Made by a program: the position numbers and the translations under genes
Source of the DNA: a virus
Lineage: Duplodnaviria; Caudoviricetes
Virus record (IMG/VR): IMGVR_UViG_3300042317_000583
Location: 1 to 54,619 of that record
DNA length: 54,619 bases
Direction: 5' to 3' (one strand)
The notes under the pieces: model-generated
What the model saw: only the letters and a program-made list of their open reading frames with translations
Database searches by the model: none
Told to the model about the DNA's origin: nothing
In this document: one piece after another, positions 16,902 through 26,705 of the stretch
How the letters are laid out: each line of letters starts with the position of its first letter
Position numbering within the stretch: position 1 is the first letter of the stretch

Positions 16902-17759
16902 ATGTTGCTCATCGACCTGTTCACGAACTACTACCGCCCGCTGCGTCTGCGGGGCAAGTCGCTCCAGACGTGCCGGTTGTACGGCTGCACAATCCGTACA
17001 TTCGGCAAATGGCTCCAGTACCCCGCTACCGTGGACGACTTGTCCGACCTCATGCTCTCCCGCTTTCTAGAGGAGCGAGCGGCGACCCGCAGCCCCTACA
17101 CGGCTGAGAAGGAACGCACTCAGCTTGTGTCGCTCGCACGGTTCGCACGGGATCGAGGGATTATCCCGATCATGCCGGAAGTTCCGCCCGCTCCGCTGCC
17201 CGAGCGAGTGCCGAGAGCGTTCACTCTGCCCGAGCTTCAAGGCATCATGCGCGCCGCTGCGGCGACTCGCGGAACGGTAGGACACGTCGCGGCTGGCGTC
17301 TGGTTCACCGCGTTGATCAGTGTTCTTTGGGAGACGGCGGAGCGTATCGGTGCGGTGCTAGAGTGCGTGCCGGGAGACTTCACAGCACCGCACCTCCTCG
17401 TCCGTGCCGAGGTGCGGAAGGGTGGGAAGCGCGACAAGGCATATCGGCTGTCCGCACGCACTGCCGCCTTGGTGCGTCAGGTCTGCGGCGAGCGGCGCAT
17501 CTTTGAGTGGCCGCAGGGCCGCACATACTTGTGGGCGAAGTACGCCGACATTGTCGCCCGTGCCGGGCTAGGGAAAGGCAGGCACCTGTCGTTTCACGCA
17601 CTGCGCCGCTCGGCAGCAAGTCACTACGCTAGCCTTGGCGGTGACGCCGTGGCGTTGCTAGACCACTCAAACCCGCGAATCACGCACCGCTGGTACCTCG
17701 ACCGCCGCATGACCGACCGAGGGCCGCAGCCGTGCGACTTGCTGCCAGACATTTCTTGA
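16902..17759 (+). CDS. int: Tyrosine recombinase/integrase
   Basis: Catalytic R (AERIG), K (RKGG), HALR, LDHS, WY. Confidence 0.88.
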   Translation: MLLIDLFTNYYRPLRLRGKSLQTCRLYGCTIRTFGKWLQYPATVDDLSDLMLSRFLEERAATRSPYTAEKERTQLVSLARFARDRGIIPIMPEVPPAPLPERVPRAFTLPELQGIMRAAAATRGTVGHVAAGVWFTALISVLWETAERIGAVLECVPGDFTAPHLLVRAEVRKGGKRDKAYRLSARTAALVRQVCGERRIFEWPQGRTYLWAKYADIVARAGLGKGRHLSFHALRRSAASHYASLGGDAVALLDHSNPRITHRWYLDRRMTDRGPQPCDLLPDIS

Positions 17760-17789
17760 CAGCTACGTCAATTCGGGCATATTGCCTGC

Positions 17790-18191
17790 ATGCACGACAT
17801 CGTTGACAGGCTCCGCGACCGCTCGTTTTCCACCAAGGCCCGCGACCCGCTGTGTGAGGAAGCTGCCACCGAGATAGAGCGGCTGCGAAATGGTGCAGCA
17901 GAAGGCTGCGAAACGCTGCACTGCAACGCATTGGTGGGTGTGCCCGAGATGGACTCGGGGGCTGATCGTAAATCAGTCGCCACGCAAGGGAGTGCGCACT
18001 CCTGTGGACAGCCGTTCGATTCGGCCCCCACCACTCAGGTCTGCCCGCACGTTCGCGGCACGGTCACGCAGCATTGCACCTTGAACTTCACGCTCACCGA
18101 CGAGGAGCGGAACGCGATTGAGTGGTACGCGGAGTTTGTCGACGGGCTACATGCCGACACGCTCCGCTCGCTGCTACAGCGGGTGGCCTAG
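17790..18191 (+). CDS. Hypothetical protein
   Basis: DIVDRLR...EAATEIERLR motif common in small phage proteins. Confidence 0.55.
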   Translation: MHDIVDRLRDRSFSTKARDPLCEEAATEIERLRNGAAEGCETLHCNALVGVPEMDSGADRKSVATQGSAHSCGQPFDSAPTTQVCPHVRGTVTQHCTLNFTLTDEERNAIEWYAEFVDGLHADTLRSLLQRVA

Positions 18192-18359
18192 CCGCTCGGC
18201 CTGCCGTGCTAATTCGGCCATAAGCCTCTGCCGCTCGTAGAGCAGCCGGATCACGTCTGCCGCGAGCGTGCCAGACGTGCCGGTGTATGCTCCGCTAAAA
18301 CGCCGCGCCCGGTGTTCCATTTGAGCGAGGTCGTCACTTGTCAGAGGCGGATGGCTCAT
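18174..18359 (-). CDS. Small hypothetical protein
   Basis: AGGAG upstream; last gene of the late operon. Confidence 0.5.
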   Translation of the reverse strand: MSHPPLTSDDLAQMEHRARRFSGAYTGTSGTLAADVIRLLYERQRLMAELARQAERLGHPL

Positions 18360-18735
18360 CGTCCTGCTCCTTGTCGTGTTCTTCGCGGTACAGCAGGAGT
18401 GCCAACAGGCTGTAGCTGGCAAGGTCGAGCAGCGAGTCCTCGACGCCTTCGTGCCGGAGACGCCCCGTGCGGTTGAACGTCGCCAACCTCGTCACTTTGT
18501 CGGACAAGCGAACCATCGCGGCCTTCCACGCCGGGATGCCGACGAACGTGGCTCCGTTCCTGATGTTTGCCAGCGGGTCCGTCTCGCTGCCGTAGTCGGC
18601 ACTCTTAGACGAGTGAAGCTCCCGGAGCGTGTCGAGCAGGTCAAAGTACGCCCGGGATGACGGGTGTACCTTCCGCTCCGAGTGCTTCTTCGCCGACGAC
18701 GCCGTGATTGCCGCCCAGTTTTCTGCGATGGTCAT
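18334..18735 (-). CDS. DUF1599 / nucleotide-modification-associated (MazG-like) protein
   Basis: KSADYG..DPLAN, RLSDKVTRL, EGVEDSLLDLASY. Confidence 0.75.
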   Translation of the reverse strand: MTIAENWAAITASSAKKHSERKVHPSSRAYFDLLDTLRELHSSKSADYGSETDPLANIRNGATFVGIPAWKAAMVRLSDKVTRLATFNRTGRLRHEGVEDSLLDLASYSLLALLLYREEHDKEQDDEPSASDK

Positions 18736-19913
18736 GAGTCCCTCCTTGGTGATGCAACGTGCATGGCAATAAGTCCACCATCACGCGAGTAGCAGAACGT
18801 CTCCATCGCCTGTCTGGACCCGATAAATCCGCTCGCCGAGTGCCAGTCGTCCGGCGGGCAGATTGCCGGAGCCGTCCTTGTCACTACGCCGTCGAGCGTC
18901 TCTATCGGCCGGCTCCACTCCGCTGCCTGTGAGTGATAGTGTCCTGTGTGCCACTCGCGGTACGGGCACCTGCTCCACTCTGCCGCGGCCTCCAGAGCCA
19001 TCAGTTGCGGCAGTTTTCGCTTTGCACGATGTCCGTGCGCGAAGCCTAAGAGATTTCTCCCATATGAGAAATACTGCCTCGGGGTAAAGTCGTCCCGAAC
19101 GCTCACGCCCCGAGCCCCGTGAAATCGTTCCCGCATGATCCGCTGGAATGCCCACGTCAAAACCTCATCGTGGTTCCCGTTGACGACCACGACTTCCGTT
19201 GGCGTCTGCTCCGCTGACCGCTGCACAAGCCCCAAGAGCGTGTCGCAGCCGACCGCGATCATCTTCTGGAGCCGGCCGTCCCTCTCCAGCGGCGTGCCGC
19301 TTGTCGTCGTGCCGCTTGGCGTGTCGTAATGAAATAGGTCGCCTAGAAATGCGATGACCCGCTTCTCCGGCTTGTAGGCATCGCCGGAGGCCAGAAGCTC
19401 ATTGCCGGCCTCAGTCACCAATCTCTCGGCGATTCCTAAGTCGTAGTCATCGCCGCCGGTCGTCTGCGCCCATGCGTATTTGCCGAAATGAGTGTCGGCG
19501 ACCACGACAAGCTGCATCACGCCCGTCTGAGCCGCCTTGACGCGGCGTGGCGGGCTCTTTTGCTTCTTGCGAAGCCCAGCACCTTCGATCATTGCTGCCA
19601 CCACGTCGCGTGTGGCGAGCCCTCCGCGGGGGCGGAGGCGGACAAACACCCGATGAAGCTCGGTCGTTCCGCCACTGCCGTCCCCGCACTCCCATTTCGT
19701 AGCCTCGCTGGCTGCAACCTCGTACCGGGTCAGGTCGGCCTCAATGTGCCGCAGTAAATCCTCGACGGTCCTGATGCGGGTGCTTGTCGAGCGGGCCTCA
19801 AGCACGTCCCCCTCTTGCCGCTTCGTCACCTGTTCCGCGTCCGCCGCCGGCTTCGGAGCCGGGAGCTTCTCGGCGACGGCTGCTATGGCTGCTTTGATTT
19901 TGCGTTTAGCCAC
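18732..19913 (-). CDS. Calcineurin-like metallophosphoesterase
   Basis: DTHFG, GDLFH, GNHD, HGH, GHYH. Confidence 0.85.
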   Translation of the reverse strand: MAKRKIKAAIAAVAEKLPAPKPAADAEQVTKRQEGDVLEARSTSTRIRTVEDLLRHIEADLTRYEVAASEATKWECGDGSGGTTELHRVFVRLRPRGGLATRDVVAAMIEGAGLRKKQKSPPRRVKAAQTGVMQLVVVADTHFGKYAWAQTTGGDDYDLGIAERLVTEAGNELLASGDAYKPEKRVIAFLGDLFHYDTPSGTTTSGTPLERDGRLQKMIAVGCDTLLGLVQRSAEQTPTEVVVVNGNHDEVLTWAFQRIMRERFHGARGVSVRDDFTPRQYFSYGRNLLGFAHGHRAKRKLPQLMALEAAAEWSRCPYREWHTGHYHSQAAEWSRPIETLDGVVTRTAPAICPPDDWHSASGFIGSRQAMETFCYSRDGGLIAMHVASPRRDS

Positions 19914-20164
19914 GCAATGACCCCTTGGATGCCAGACGTTTTCCACCCACGCTCGGCGGCTGTCTCCATGACGGCCGCGGCGACGGCACGCTTCTGCGCC
20001 CCTCGCATAATTCCGCTGCCAGCGTGATACGCGTCACGCACTGCCGAAAGCTCGTCCTTGGCTATCTGCGGGAGCGAGTCAAACCACGTCCGATACCCGG
20101 GGCCGCGGTTCTTAATCTTTCCCGCGACTTCTTCCAGAAGGCTTTTTTGCTTTCTTTGTTTCAT
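19883..20164 (-). CDS. Hypothetical protein
   Basis: Operon continuity. Confidence 0.6.
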   Translation of the reverse strand: MKQRKQKSLLEEVAGKIKNRGPGYRTWFDSLPQIAKDELSAVRDAYHAGSGIMRGAQKRAVAAAVMETAAERGWKTSGIQGVIAWLNAKSKQP

Positions 20165-20300
20165 TGCCCGCCTTTGCTGCCTTAGTTCTGCGCCGCTTGT
20201 TGAGGTAAATCATCCCGTCCTCGTCCGGGATGCCGCCGCCCGTAACTTCGTCGTCCTCGTCGATGCCAGACCAGAACCGCTTTTTGACTTGCTTTGCCAT
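20112..20300 (-). CDS. Small hypothetical protein
   Basis: Operon continuity. Confidence 0.5.
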   Translation of the reverse strand: MAKQVKKRFWSGIDEDDEVTGGGIPDEDGMIYLNKRRRTKAAKAGNETKKAKKPSGRSRGKD

Positions 20301-20315
20301 GACTGCGCCCAGCGG

Positions 20316-20675
20316 TTAGATCACAGCGGCCTCAATAAACGCTTGGTCAACCTGCTGCTCGGTCAGCCCGAGAGCCGCCGCGAGCGGCACCAGCATGAAG
20401 TGCGTACGCTCGACGTACGGGGCGTAGTCCCACTCCACACGTACCGAGTCTCGCTGAAGCGGGTCGGGGATGGTGTCAATAACGGCATCGACCGCAGCGA
20501 GTGAAATGCCGTGCCGCACCAGCCAGAGGCGAATCTGTCGAGCAGAGATGCTTACCGGCACCGGCGGCGTGAGGTCGGCGGATTGGTTCATGCCGATCAC
20601 GGTGCCGCTTTCGTCGCGCACCTCGTAGGTGTGCAGCCCTTCAATAACGCCCAGATAGGTCGTAGTCACGCTCAC
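20316..20675 (-). CDS. Tail-fibre-associated or chaperone-like protein
   Basis: SISARQIRLWL...EWDYA..VER.H......ALGLT..QVD..F..A; GTGA overlap. Confidence 0.65.
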   Translation of the reverse strand: MSVTTTYLGVIEGLHTYEVRDESGTVIGMNQSADLTPPVPVSISARQIRLWLVRHGISLAAVDAVIDTIPDPLQRDSVRVEWDYAPYVERTHFMLVPLAAALGLTEQQVDQAFIEAAVI

Positions 20676-21424
20676 GTCAGCCTCGCCCACGGTTGGCCTT
20701 GCGCACCGGAGAATGTCGTAGTCGACGCAACTAGGTCGGTCTGCGACGCGAGCGAGGAATTGACCCTCGGCGAAAGGGCAGATACGCCCGCGTTCATCGC
20801 TCTTCCAGCGTACAGCGGCGCGGTTGTCCCAACAGAAATCACCGCGACCCCATACCGCGATCCAGCGTTCAGGGTATAGCTTGCAGGAAAGCCGCCAGCC
20901 GTAGACAGGCTGCGGGTGTAGGCCGTGCTTGCTGCGGTGAATAACGTGGTGTCGGATGCCGTACGCGCCACCAGCGTGGCCGTTGTCTCGTCCATCGTAT
21001 AAATGCCCATTCGCGCAAGAGTCAGCCCTGCCGCCGCTGTCGTGCCAGACACCATCGTGATAGCCGACGCAGTGAACGAGACGCTCGGCGTGAAGTAGAC
21101 AAAAAATATTGTGCCAGAGCCTTGCGCGACGCCTGTACTGACAGCCTCGCCGCGCGGGTAGACGTCTAGGGCAGAGGCTGGTTGATAAGCGGCCCTTGCC
21201 AGAGTTGTCCACGTCGGGACGTTGCTACTGAGTCTTGCGTCGTCCAGAGTTCCCGAACCGATCTGCGAGGCCGCGAGCGTCAGGACATCGCTGCCACCAG
21301 CCGCGTGGGTTGCCGCGTGCCCCGCGACGTTGGCGACCAGCGACCATGCGTAGCCGTCCCACTCGTAGAGCCTGCCGCCCTCCGTGGCTTGCTGGCCGTT
21401 TGTCGGCGATGCCGGGAAGGTCAT
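20672..21424 (-). CDS. Fibre or structural protein
   Basis: FPASPTNGQ...YEWDG..W N-terminus, HAATHAAGGSD. Confidence 0.7.
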   Translation of the reverse strand: MTFPASPTNGQQATEGGRLYEWDGYAWSLVANVAGHAATHAAGGSDVLTLAASQIGSGTLDDARLSSNVPTWTTLARAAYQPASALDVYPRGEAVSTGVAQGSGTIFFVYFTPSVSFTASAITMVSGTTAAAGLTLARMGIYTMDETTATLVARTASDTTLFTAASTAYTRSLSTAGGFPASYTLNAGSRYGVAVISVGTTAPLYAGRAMNAGVSALSPRVNSSLASQTDLVASTTTFSGAQGQPWARLT

Positions 21425-21747
21425 GCGTAGGTGCCTCCGTCGGCAGACGAGATACCGCCGATTGTCCCGATCTCAGCGTACACGCTGTCGCTAGCCACCC
21501 AGCGGTACAGCCGTGATGACGACGTGACGAGGTACAGCGTGGACGCCGACCCGGCCCCGGGGAGGTTGGCCGTAGTCGCAACAGACGCGAGCGACGAGCC
21601 GCCAGCCGCGAACTGCGTCACGGTGCCGTTTGCCGCCCGGTAGAACAGCTTGCCGTCCGCTTCGTTGATCGCGATCTGCCCAGACGCGAGCGACGGCGGC
21701 ACGTTGCCCGCCGTCGTGCTGCGAAGGATTTTGGTCGTGTTCGCCAC
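21421..21747 (-). CDS. Short fibre protein with an Mtd-N-like N-terminal domain
   Basis: ILRSTTAGNVP.SLASGQIAINEADGKLFY; ends ADGGTYA. Confidence 0.72.
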   Translation of the reverse strand: MANTTKILRSTTAGNVPPSLASGQIAINEADGKLFYRAANGTVTQFAAGGSSLASVATTANLPGAGSASTLYLVTSSSRLYRWVASDSVYAEIGTIGGISSADGGTYA

Positions 21748-21755
21748 GGTCGCTC

Positions 21756-22397
21756 CTAGAACACGCCGCCGTCAAACGTGATGCCGTCGATGGCACCGCC
21801 CGTGATGTTCACGCTGGACGCTGACTGCGTTGCCATGCTGCCCAGCCCGAGGTTCGTGCGAGCGGTCGCCGCATCGGTCAAGTCAGATAGGTTAGACGCC
21901 TTGGCGAGCTTGCCGCCGATGCTGTTGCTGATCGTCGTGGAGAACGACGCATCGTTTCCGAGAGCCGCCGCAAGCTCATTGAGCGTGTCCAGTGCTGCCG
22001 GGGACGACGCTACCAGTGCTGCCACCGCAGCCGAGACGAACGCCGTCGTAGCGACCTGCGTGCTGTTCGTGCCAGCGGTCGCGGTCGGTGCGGTCGGCAC
22101 TCCGGTGAGCGATGGGCTGGCAAGAGGAGCATAGGTCGCCGTCGCCGTTGCCGTGGTCAAGTAGCTCGCAAGCTGCGACGACACGTCCACCGCAGCCACC
22201 GCCGACGTAACGTACGCCTTGGTCGCGTAGCTGCCGGGGCCACCGATGGCGACGACCGACGCCGAGCCGCCGCTGCCCTGACCGATGTAGAGAATCTGAT
22301 CAACTTCCGACCATGCAAGCTCGGACTGCAGGAGCGAACTCGGTGCCCCGCTTGCCCCGCCAGTTGCGCGCCGTCGAACGCGAAAAGGAGATGCCAT
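21756..22397 (-). CDS. Tail-fibre protein
   Basis: APLASPSLTGVPTAPT..GTNSTQVATTAFV, LDTLNELAAALGND; ends FDGGVF. Confidence 0.85.
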   Translation of the reverse strand: MASPFRVRRRATGGASGAPSSLLQSELAWSEVDQILYIGQGSGGSASVVAIGGPGSYATKAYVTSAVAAVDVSSQLASYLTTATATATYAPLASPSLTGVPTAPTATAGTNSTQVATTAFVSAAVAALVASSPAALDTLNELAAALGNDASFSTTISNSIGGKLAKASNLSDLTDAATARTNLGLGSMATQSASSVNITGGAIDGITFDGGVF

Positions 22398-22660
22398 TAC
22401 CAGTTCCCTCCGTCAAGAATCGGGTTGTTGTTCCACTTGTTGCCGTTGCCGTACTGCAGCACGTCACCCGGCTGCGGCGAGACAATCTGCACGTTGCTCA
22501 GTTGCTCAATCGCCCCGCCGTCCGTACCCGCCGGTCCTTGCGGCCCGATGCCGCCGCTCGCCGATGCTGACACGGTAGACGAGCCGACGCTGACCGACAC
22601 GCCGGTGCTGCTGACGCTGGCCGTAATGGGCTGCGACTGAACCGTTGCCGTGATGCTCAT
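22397..22660 (-). CDS. Short collagen-containing fibre protein
   Basis: GIGPQGPAG; ends LDGGNW. Confidence 0.65.
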   Translation of the reverse strand: MSITATVQSQPITASVSSTGVSVSVGSSTVSASASGGIGPQGPAGTDGGAIEQLSNVQIVSPQPGDVLQYGNGNKWNNNPILDGGNW

Positions 22661-22980
22661 GCCGTCACCTCCACGGTGCCTTGCAGTGCTGTGCGCTTCA
22701 CGTCGCCCGGTGCCGTCCAGTCGAGCCGCCAGCCGTATGTGCCAGCGGGCATCGCGGCGGTCTGAGTGTCTGTGAGCGACACGCCCACCTGACCTGCGGC
22801 AGCGTCGGCCACGGTCGTCGTCATCGGCACGACGGTCGCCCCGGTGACTTGGCTCACGACGCTTGCCGTGACTGCGTAGCCGACGAGCGTCGTGCCGTCG
22901 AAGTCGATCACGGTGGCGAAGTCGTTGCCGCGACGGAAGGCGAGGTTCATGCTGCCGGGAAGCTGGGCGTAAGTCGCCAT
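22657..22980 (-). CDS. BppU-like fibre adaptor (paralogue 2)
   Basis: QLPG.MNL.F..G.D...L TDTQT..M..GTY.W. Confidence 0.65.
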   Translation of the reverse strand: MATYAQLPGSMNLAFRRGNDFATVIDFDGTTLVGYAVTASVVSQVTGATVVPMTTTVADAAAGQVGVSLTDTQTAAMPAGTYGWRLDWTAPGDVKRTALQGTVEVTA

Positions 22981-23831
22981 CAAGTGATCCCCCACTTGTT
23001 CATGAGGTACGAGTCAATAGCAGACGCGGTGCCGCTCGACAACGCACCCGTGTAGAACACAAGCTCGCCAACTTGGAAAACGCCCTGCAGCCAAATGTCG
23101 CCGCACGGGTGCGTGAAGGCGGCGTCGGCAATGCCGCTCATCGGAGCCTCGTATGCTCCGTTGACGTGCAGTGACGAGCTTGTGCCATTCAGCGTTGCCC
23201 GCATGAGGAACCACTGCTGATTGCGTATCGACTGGCCGGTCCAGTTGCTTTGGGTCGGTGTTTCAAAAGCGGGTTTTCCCCAATCCAGATACAGCCGAAC
23301 GGCGGAGGCCCAATCGTTTCCTCCCCAACTGTATTCAAGGTTGCGGATCAGAGTGTCAAACTGCGTGTTTGGCCTCCAGACCGCGAATACAGTCATCGGA
23401 TTGGTGACAAGGAACGAACCGCTCTCCCGGTTCGCCGCTGTCCGCAGGTTCGTTGGGTTGTTGCCCGGTCCCATCTGGAGGTAGTTGCGACCGTTTTGCC
23501 CAGCGGCCACAAGCGAACTCGGCCCTCCGATACCATACGTCTGCAAGTGCCGACCGTTGCCGCTGGAGTCCTCCAGCCTGCGGACGCCGCCACCGTCCGC
23601 CGTGACGAGCGAGCCGCCCGTGTCGGCACTGTAGAGCGATGCAGAGCTTGCGTCGTACCACGCATAGAGGCCGCTTGTGGTCTGGATGATATTGCCAACC
23701 GCAGGCGTGACGGAATTGCTGGCCGACGACCAAGCCCCCTGCCCAATGCCATTCACCGCAGCCACGCGGAATGTGTACGCCGTGCCGTTTGTCAGGCCCG
23801 CGATGGTTCTTGTTGTTGCTGTGGATGGCAT
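22980..23831 (-). CDS. Fibre or adhesin protein: C-terminal half of an FN3 domain plus a LamG-like domain
   Basis: GLTNGTAYTFRVAAVNGIGQG; LYAWYDAS, DSSGNGRH, YLMNKWGI. Confidence 0.75.
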   Translation of the reverse strand: MPSTATTRTIAGLTNGTAYTFRVAAVNGIGQGAWSSASNSVTPAVGNIIQTTSGLYAWYDASSASLYSADTGGSLVTADGGGVRRLEDSSGNGRHLQTYGIGGPSSLVAAGQNGRNYLQMGPGNNPTNLRTAANRESGSFLVTNPMTVFAVWRPNTQFDTLIRNLEYSWGGNDWASAVRLYLDWGKPAFETPTQSNWTGQSIRNQQWFLMRATLNGTSSSLHVNGAYEAPMSGIADAAFTHPCGDIWLQGVFQVGELVFYTGALSSGTASAIDSYLMNKWGIT

Positions 23832-23841
23832 TAGTGTTTCC

Positions 23842-24855
23842 TTACGCGATGCTCAGCGTTGCGGTGATGCGGTCGTTCAACTCACTGTCTTCAGAATCCT
23901 TGGTGTAAACGAGGACGATATGCTGCCCAGCAGTGACCGACAGAGTGCCACTCGATGTCTGCGTGCCGCTGACCTCGCCCGACACGGCTGTGATCGCCGC
24001 GTTGCTAGATGGGGAGGCTGACGTTACATACAGCCGCCCAATGTCAAAGCTCGCCTGCGAACTCGCAGTCACGTTGTAGCTGAGAGTGCCAGTAGTTCCA
24101 ACAAGCAGCCAGAGCCGAGTTTCGGTGGTATTGTAGCCAGTCCCTGTCAGAGTCGCCGTCACGGTGCTAGTGCCTGTTACTGAGTGAGTGAAGGGACCGT
24201 ACTTGTTCGCATATGTCAAAGGCACCGCCGGTGCAGGCACAGTCAGCGCGACCGCATTGCTCGTCACGCTTGCCGCGCCGACAGCACTGACTACCACTCG
24301 GTAGCGGTCGTCGTTGTCTGCTCCGTTGGTCAGCCCTGTGAGCGACAGTGTTGCCGACGTGGCACCGCTGACAGGGGTGAACGTAGTGCCGCCGTTGTCG
24401 CTTCGTTCCCACTGGTAAGTTGCTGAAACGCTGCTCGGTGTCACCGATGCGGTCACGCTGAACGTCGCCGCGCCGCTGGATGCCGTCTGGTTAGTAGGCT
24501 GCGACGTGATGGCGACCGACTCGGCAACGCTTGACCACGTACTGCCGCTGTTGGACGAATACTCAACGATGTAGTCAGTGATCGGAGTCTGAGCGAGAAC
24601 GCTCGGTGCAGTCCATGCGAGCGATGCCTGAGCGTTGCCAGACGATGCCGTGACGCTCGTCGGGGCAGGGGGGAGGAACAGATTCAGCCGCGAGTCTGCG
24701 CCGCCGAGCGTCACGCTGACAATGTTTCCGGCGGGTGTTTTGGTGAATGCCTTGCCGTCAGCCCAGTTGACCGCGAGTTCATGCGTCTGCAGGTCGCTGG
24801 TCGTCGGCACGGCTCCGCTGGTGTACGAGCGTCGCGGGAGAATCTTGTCAGGCAT
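23842..24855 (-). CDS. Fibre protein: Mtd-N-like domain, N-terminal half of an FN3 domain, Ig-like domain
   Basis: RRSYTSGAVP...ELAVNWADGK; PPAPTSV...W..P....ITDY.VEYS; ITSQP...YQW. Confidence 0.75.
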   Translation of the reverse strand: MPDKILPRRSYTSGAVPTTSDLQTHELAVNWADGKAFTKTPAGNIVSVTLGGADSRLNLFLPPAPTSVTASSGNAQASLAWTAPSVLAQTPITDYIVEYSSNSGSTWSSVAESVAITSQPTNQTASSGAATFSVTASVTPSSVSATYQWERSDNGGTTFTPVSGATSATLSLTGLTNGADNDDRYRVVVSAVGAASVTSNAVALTVPAPAVPLTYANKYGPFTHSVTGTSTVTATLTGTGYNTTETRLWLLVGTTGTLSYNVTASSQASFDIGRLYVTSASPSSNAAITAVSGEVSGTQTSSGTLSVTAGQHIVLVYTKDSEDSELNDRITATLSIA

Positions 24856-24863
24856 CGCTTACC

Positions 24864-26705
24864 TCAAGAAGTTGGGAACGCCGCAGTGGGCACGGCGAAA
24901 TTGGTGCTGGTGCTGCTGGTCCCGGTGTAGCGTGCGGCAGCGGTGAGCCGAATGTCGTCTATGTTGCCATTCCAGTAGCCCATCAGACCATTCGCCTCAA
25001 GGAAGCTGCTCTCCGCAAACGAGCGGCTAATCCACACTTCGTCGTGCGACAGGTTCACGCTCACGTTTGTCGAGCCGCTAGCAACGCAGATGCCGTTGGC
25101 GTAAAGCCGCATCGTGCCCGCCGACCGCACAAGGGCGACATGGTGCCACGCTGCGGCGTCAAGCGAACCGCCGAGCAGCGTTGCGCCGTTTTGGGTGTCA
25201 CCCCAGTTGGCTCCCAGCTGACCGCTTGAGTTCACGAACACCGCGTAGCCGTATGCGGACGCATAGCCGCTCCGCGTGTCAAACAGCGAGAAATACTGGT
25301 TGCTGCTGTTCGACACCGGCAGGCTGGGGAACCAAATCCACGCCTCGGCTGTGAAGTCACCAGTGCCAAACGGGAACGAACTGCTGCCGGTGACGACACG
25401 CAGGTAGTCGCCGTTGCCATCAAACGCGAGAGACTTCGCCCCCCACTTAGGATTGGCGGTTGTCGCCGCCGCGTTGCCAACTGACGAGACGGTCCAGTTG
25501 TTCGCCGACTGGTCATAGGCGTAAGTCGCCAAGTCAGCGTTGATGAGCAGGCGGACGCTTGAGAACAGCGGGTCGGTCGTCGGGCTTCCGCCGCCGCCGC
25601 CGCCACCGCCGCCGATGATCGTTCCAACGTAATCGCCGCCGTCAACCGTGCCTGCGAATGACCCGCCGCCCGCCGGCACAGCCCACGCCCCGTCACCTCG
25701 CAGGAACGTCGTCGATGAAGCGGTGCCCGAGCTTCCAAGCTGCGCGAGAGTCACGATGCCAGTGCGGCCCGCAACGCTCTGCACAGGAGCCGCCGCGATG
25801 GCGCGAGCGTCGGTAAAATACAAATTCGTTCCTTCCGGCACGTCGGTCGTCGTGCCGGGAGATGAAGAAATCTCGACGTATGTGCTGCCCGCCCACCGAA
25901 AGATTTTCCGTGTGTCCACCGCGACGTAAATGACACCGGCATCGCCGGTCGTTGGGAACGCCGAGAAGCTCGCCGCCTCTCGCACGTCGTCCACGAACGA
26001 CGGCAGCATTGAGGACGGCACTGTGCCGTTGACGAGCGTGGCATACGAGCCTGCCGCCTGTTTGGCGTCCAATGCTGTCTGCAAACCCGTCACGTCACTC
26101 ACGGCGTGCTGATGGGCAGCGGGAGCGAAGGTGGATGGCACGCCCGTCAGCATTGAGTAGGCAATTGCCGGGGCGGCGTGAGTATGGTCTGCCCGCGATG
26201 CCGTCAGTGCCGTGCCGGATGATGCGATGCCGAGCGGCTGCGGCGTCTCGTCGCTAAGGTTGACTGCTGGGCCTGCTGGGCCTGCTGGCCCGGCTGCGCC
26301 AGTTGCTCCGACGGGAAGCACCAGATTCAGCTTTTGCGACGGTGCTGCTCCGGTGATCGTCGCGGACGCCGTAATACCGCTGGCGACCGTGCCGACGGAC
26401 AGTGAGTTGGCGGGGCCAGTGCTGCCCGTAGCCCCAACGCTGCCCACGGGGCCCGCTGGTCCCGTGGCTCCGACCGGCAGCACCAGATTGATCGTCTGCG
26501 ACGGTGCCGTGCCGGTGATCGTAGCGGATGCTGTGCTGCCGCTTGCAACCGTACCGATAGCCAGTGAATTGCTTGGCCCTACTGGCCCCTGCGGACCTGC
26601 TGGGCCGGGCGAGGCGGACGGAGAAACCGTCACGCCAATCGTATCGCCACTCGTTGCTGTGACGCTCGGGCCGCTTTGCCCGTTCACTGTGATGCTGATG
26701 CTCAT
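24864..26705 (-). CDS. Collagen-repeat tail fibre with a C-terminal LamG/ConA-like domain
   Basis: Gly-X-Y runs, duplicated 40-aa module, FDGNGDYL, GDFTAEAW, WHHVALVR, IDDIRLT. Confidence 0.85.
   Translation of the reverse strand: MSISITVNGQSGPSVTATSGDTIGVTVSPSASPGPAGPQGPVGPSNSLAIGTVASGSTASATITGTAPSQTINLVLPVGATGPAGPVGSVGATGSTGPANSLSVGTVASGITASATITGAAPSQKLNLVLPVGATGAAGPAGPAGPAVNLSDETPQPLGIASSGTALTASRADHTHAAPAIAYSMLTGVPSTFAPAAHQHAVSDVTGLQTALDAKQAAGSYATLVNGTVPSSMLPSFVDDVREAASFSAFPTTGDAGVIYVAVDTRKIFRWAGSTYVEISSSPGTTTDVPEGTNLYFTDARAIAAAPVQSVAGRTGIVTLAQLGSSGTASSTTFLRGDGAWAVPAGGGSFAGTVDGGDYVGTIIGGGGGGGGGSPTTDPLFSSVRLLINADLATYAYDQSANNWTVSSVGNAAATTANPKWGAKSLAFDGNGDYLRVVTGSSSFPFGTGDFTAEAWIWFPSLPVSNSSNQYFSLFDTRSGYASAYGYAVFVNSSGQLGANWGDTQNGATLLGGSLDAAAWHHVALVRSAGTMRLYANGICVASGSTNVSVNLSHDEVWISRSFAESSFLEANGLMGYWNGNIDDIRLTAAARYTGTSSTSTNFAVPTAAFPTS

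Noticed and set aside
20672-26705. Diversity-generating retroelement
   Set aside because: Mtd-N-like domains are present, but I found no reverse transcriptase and no TR/VR pair
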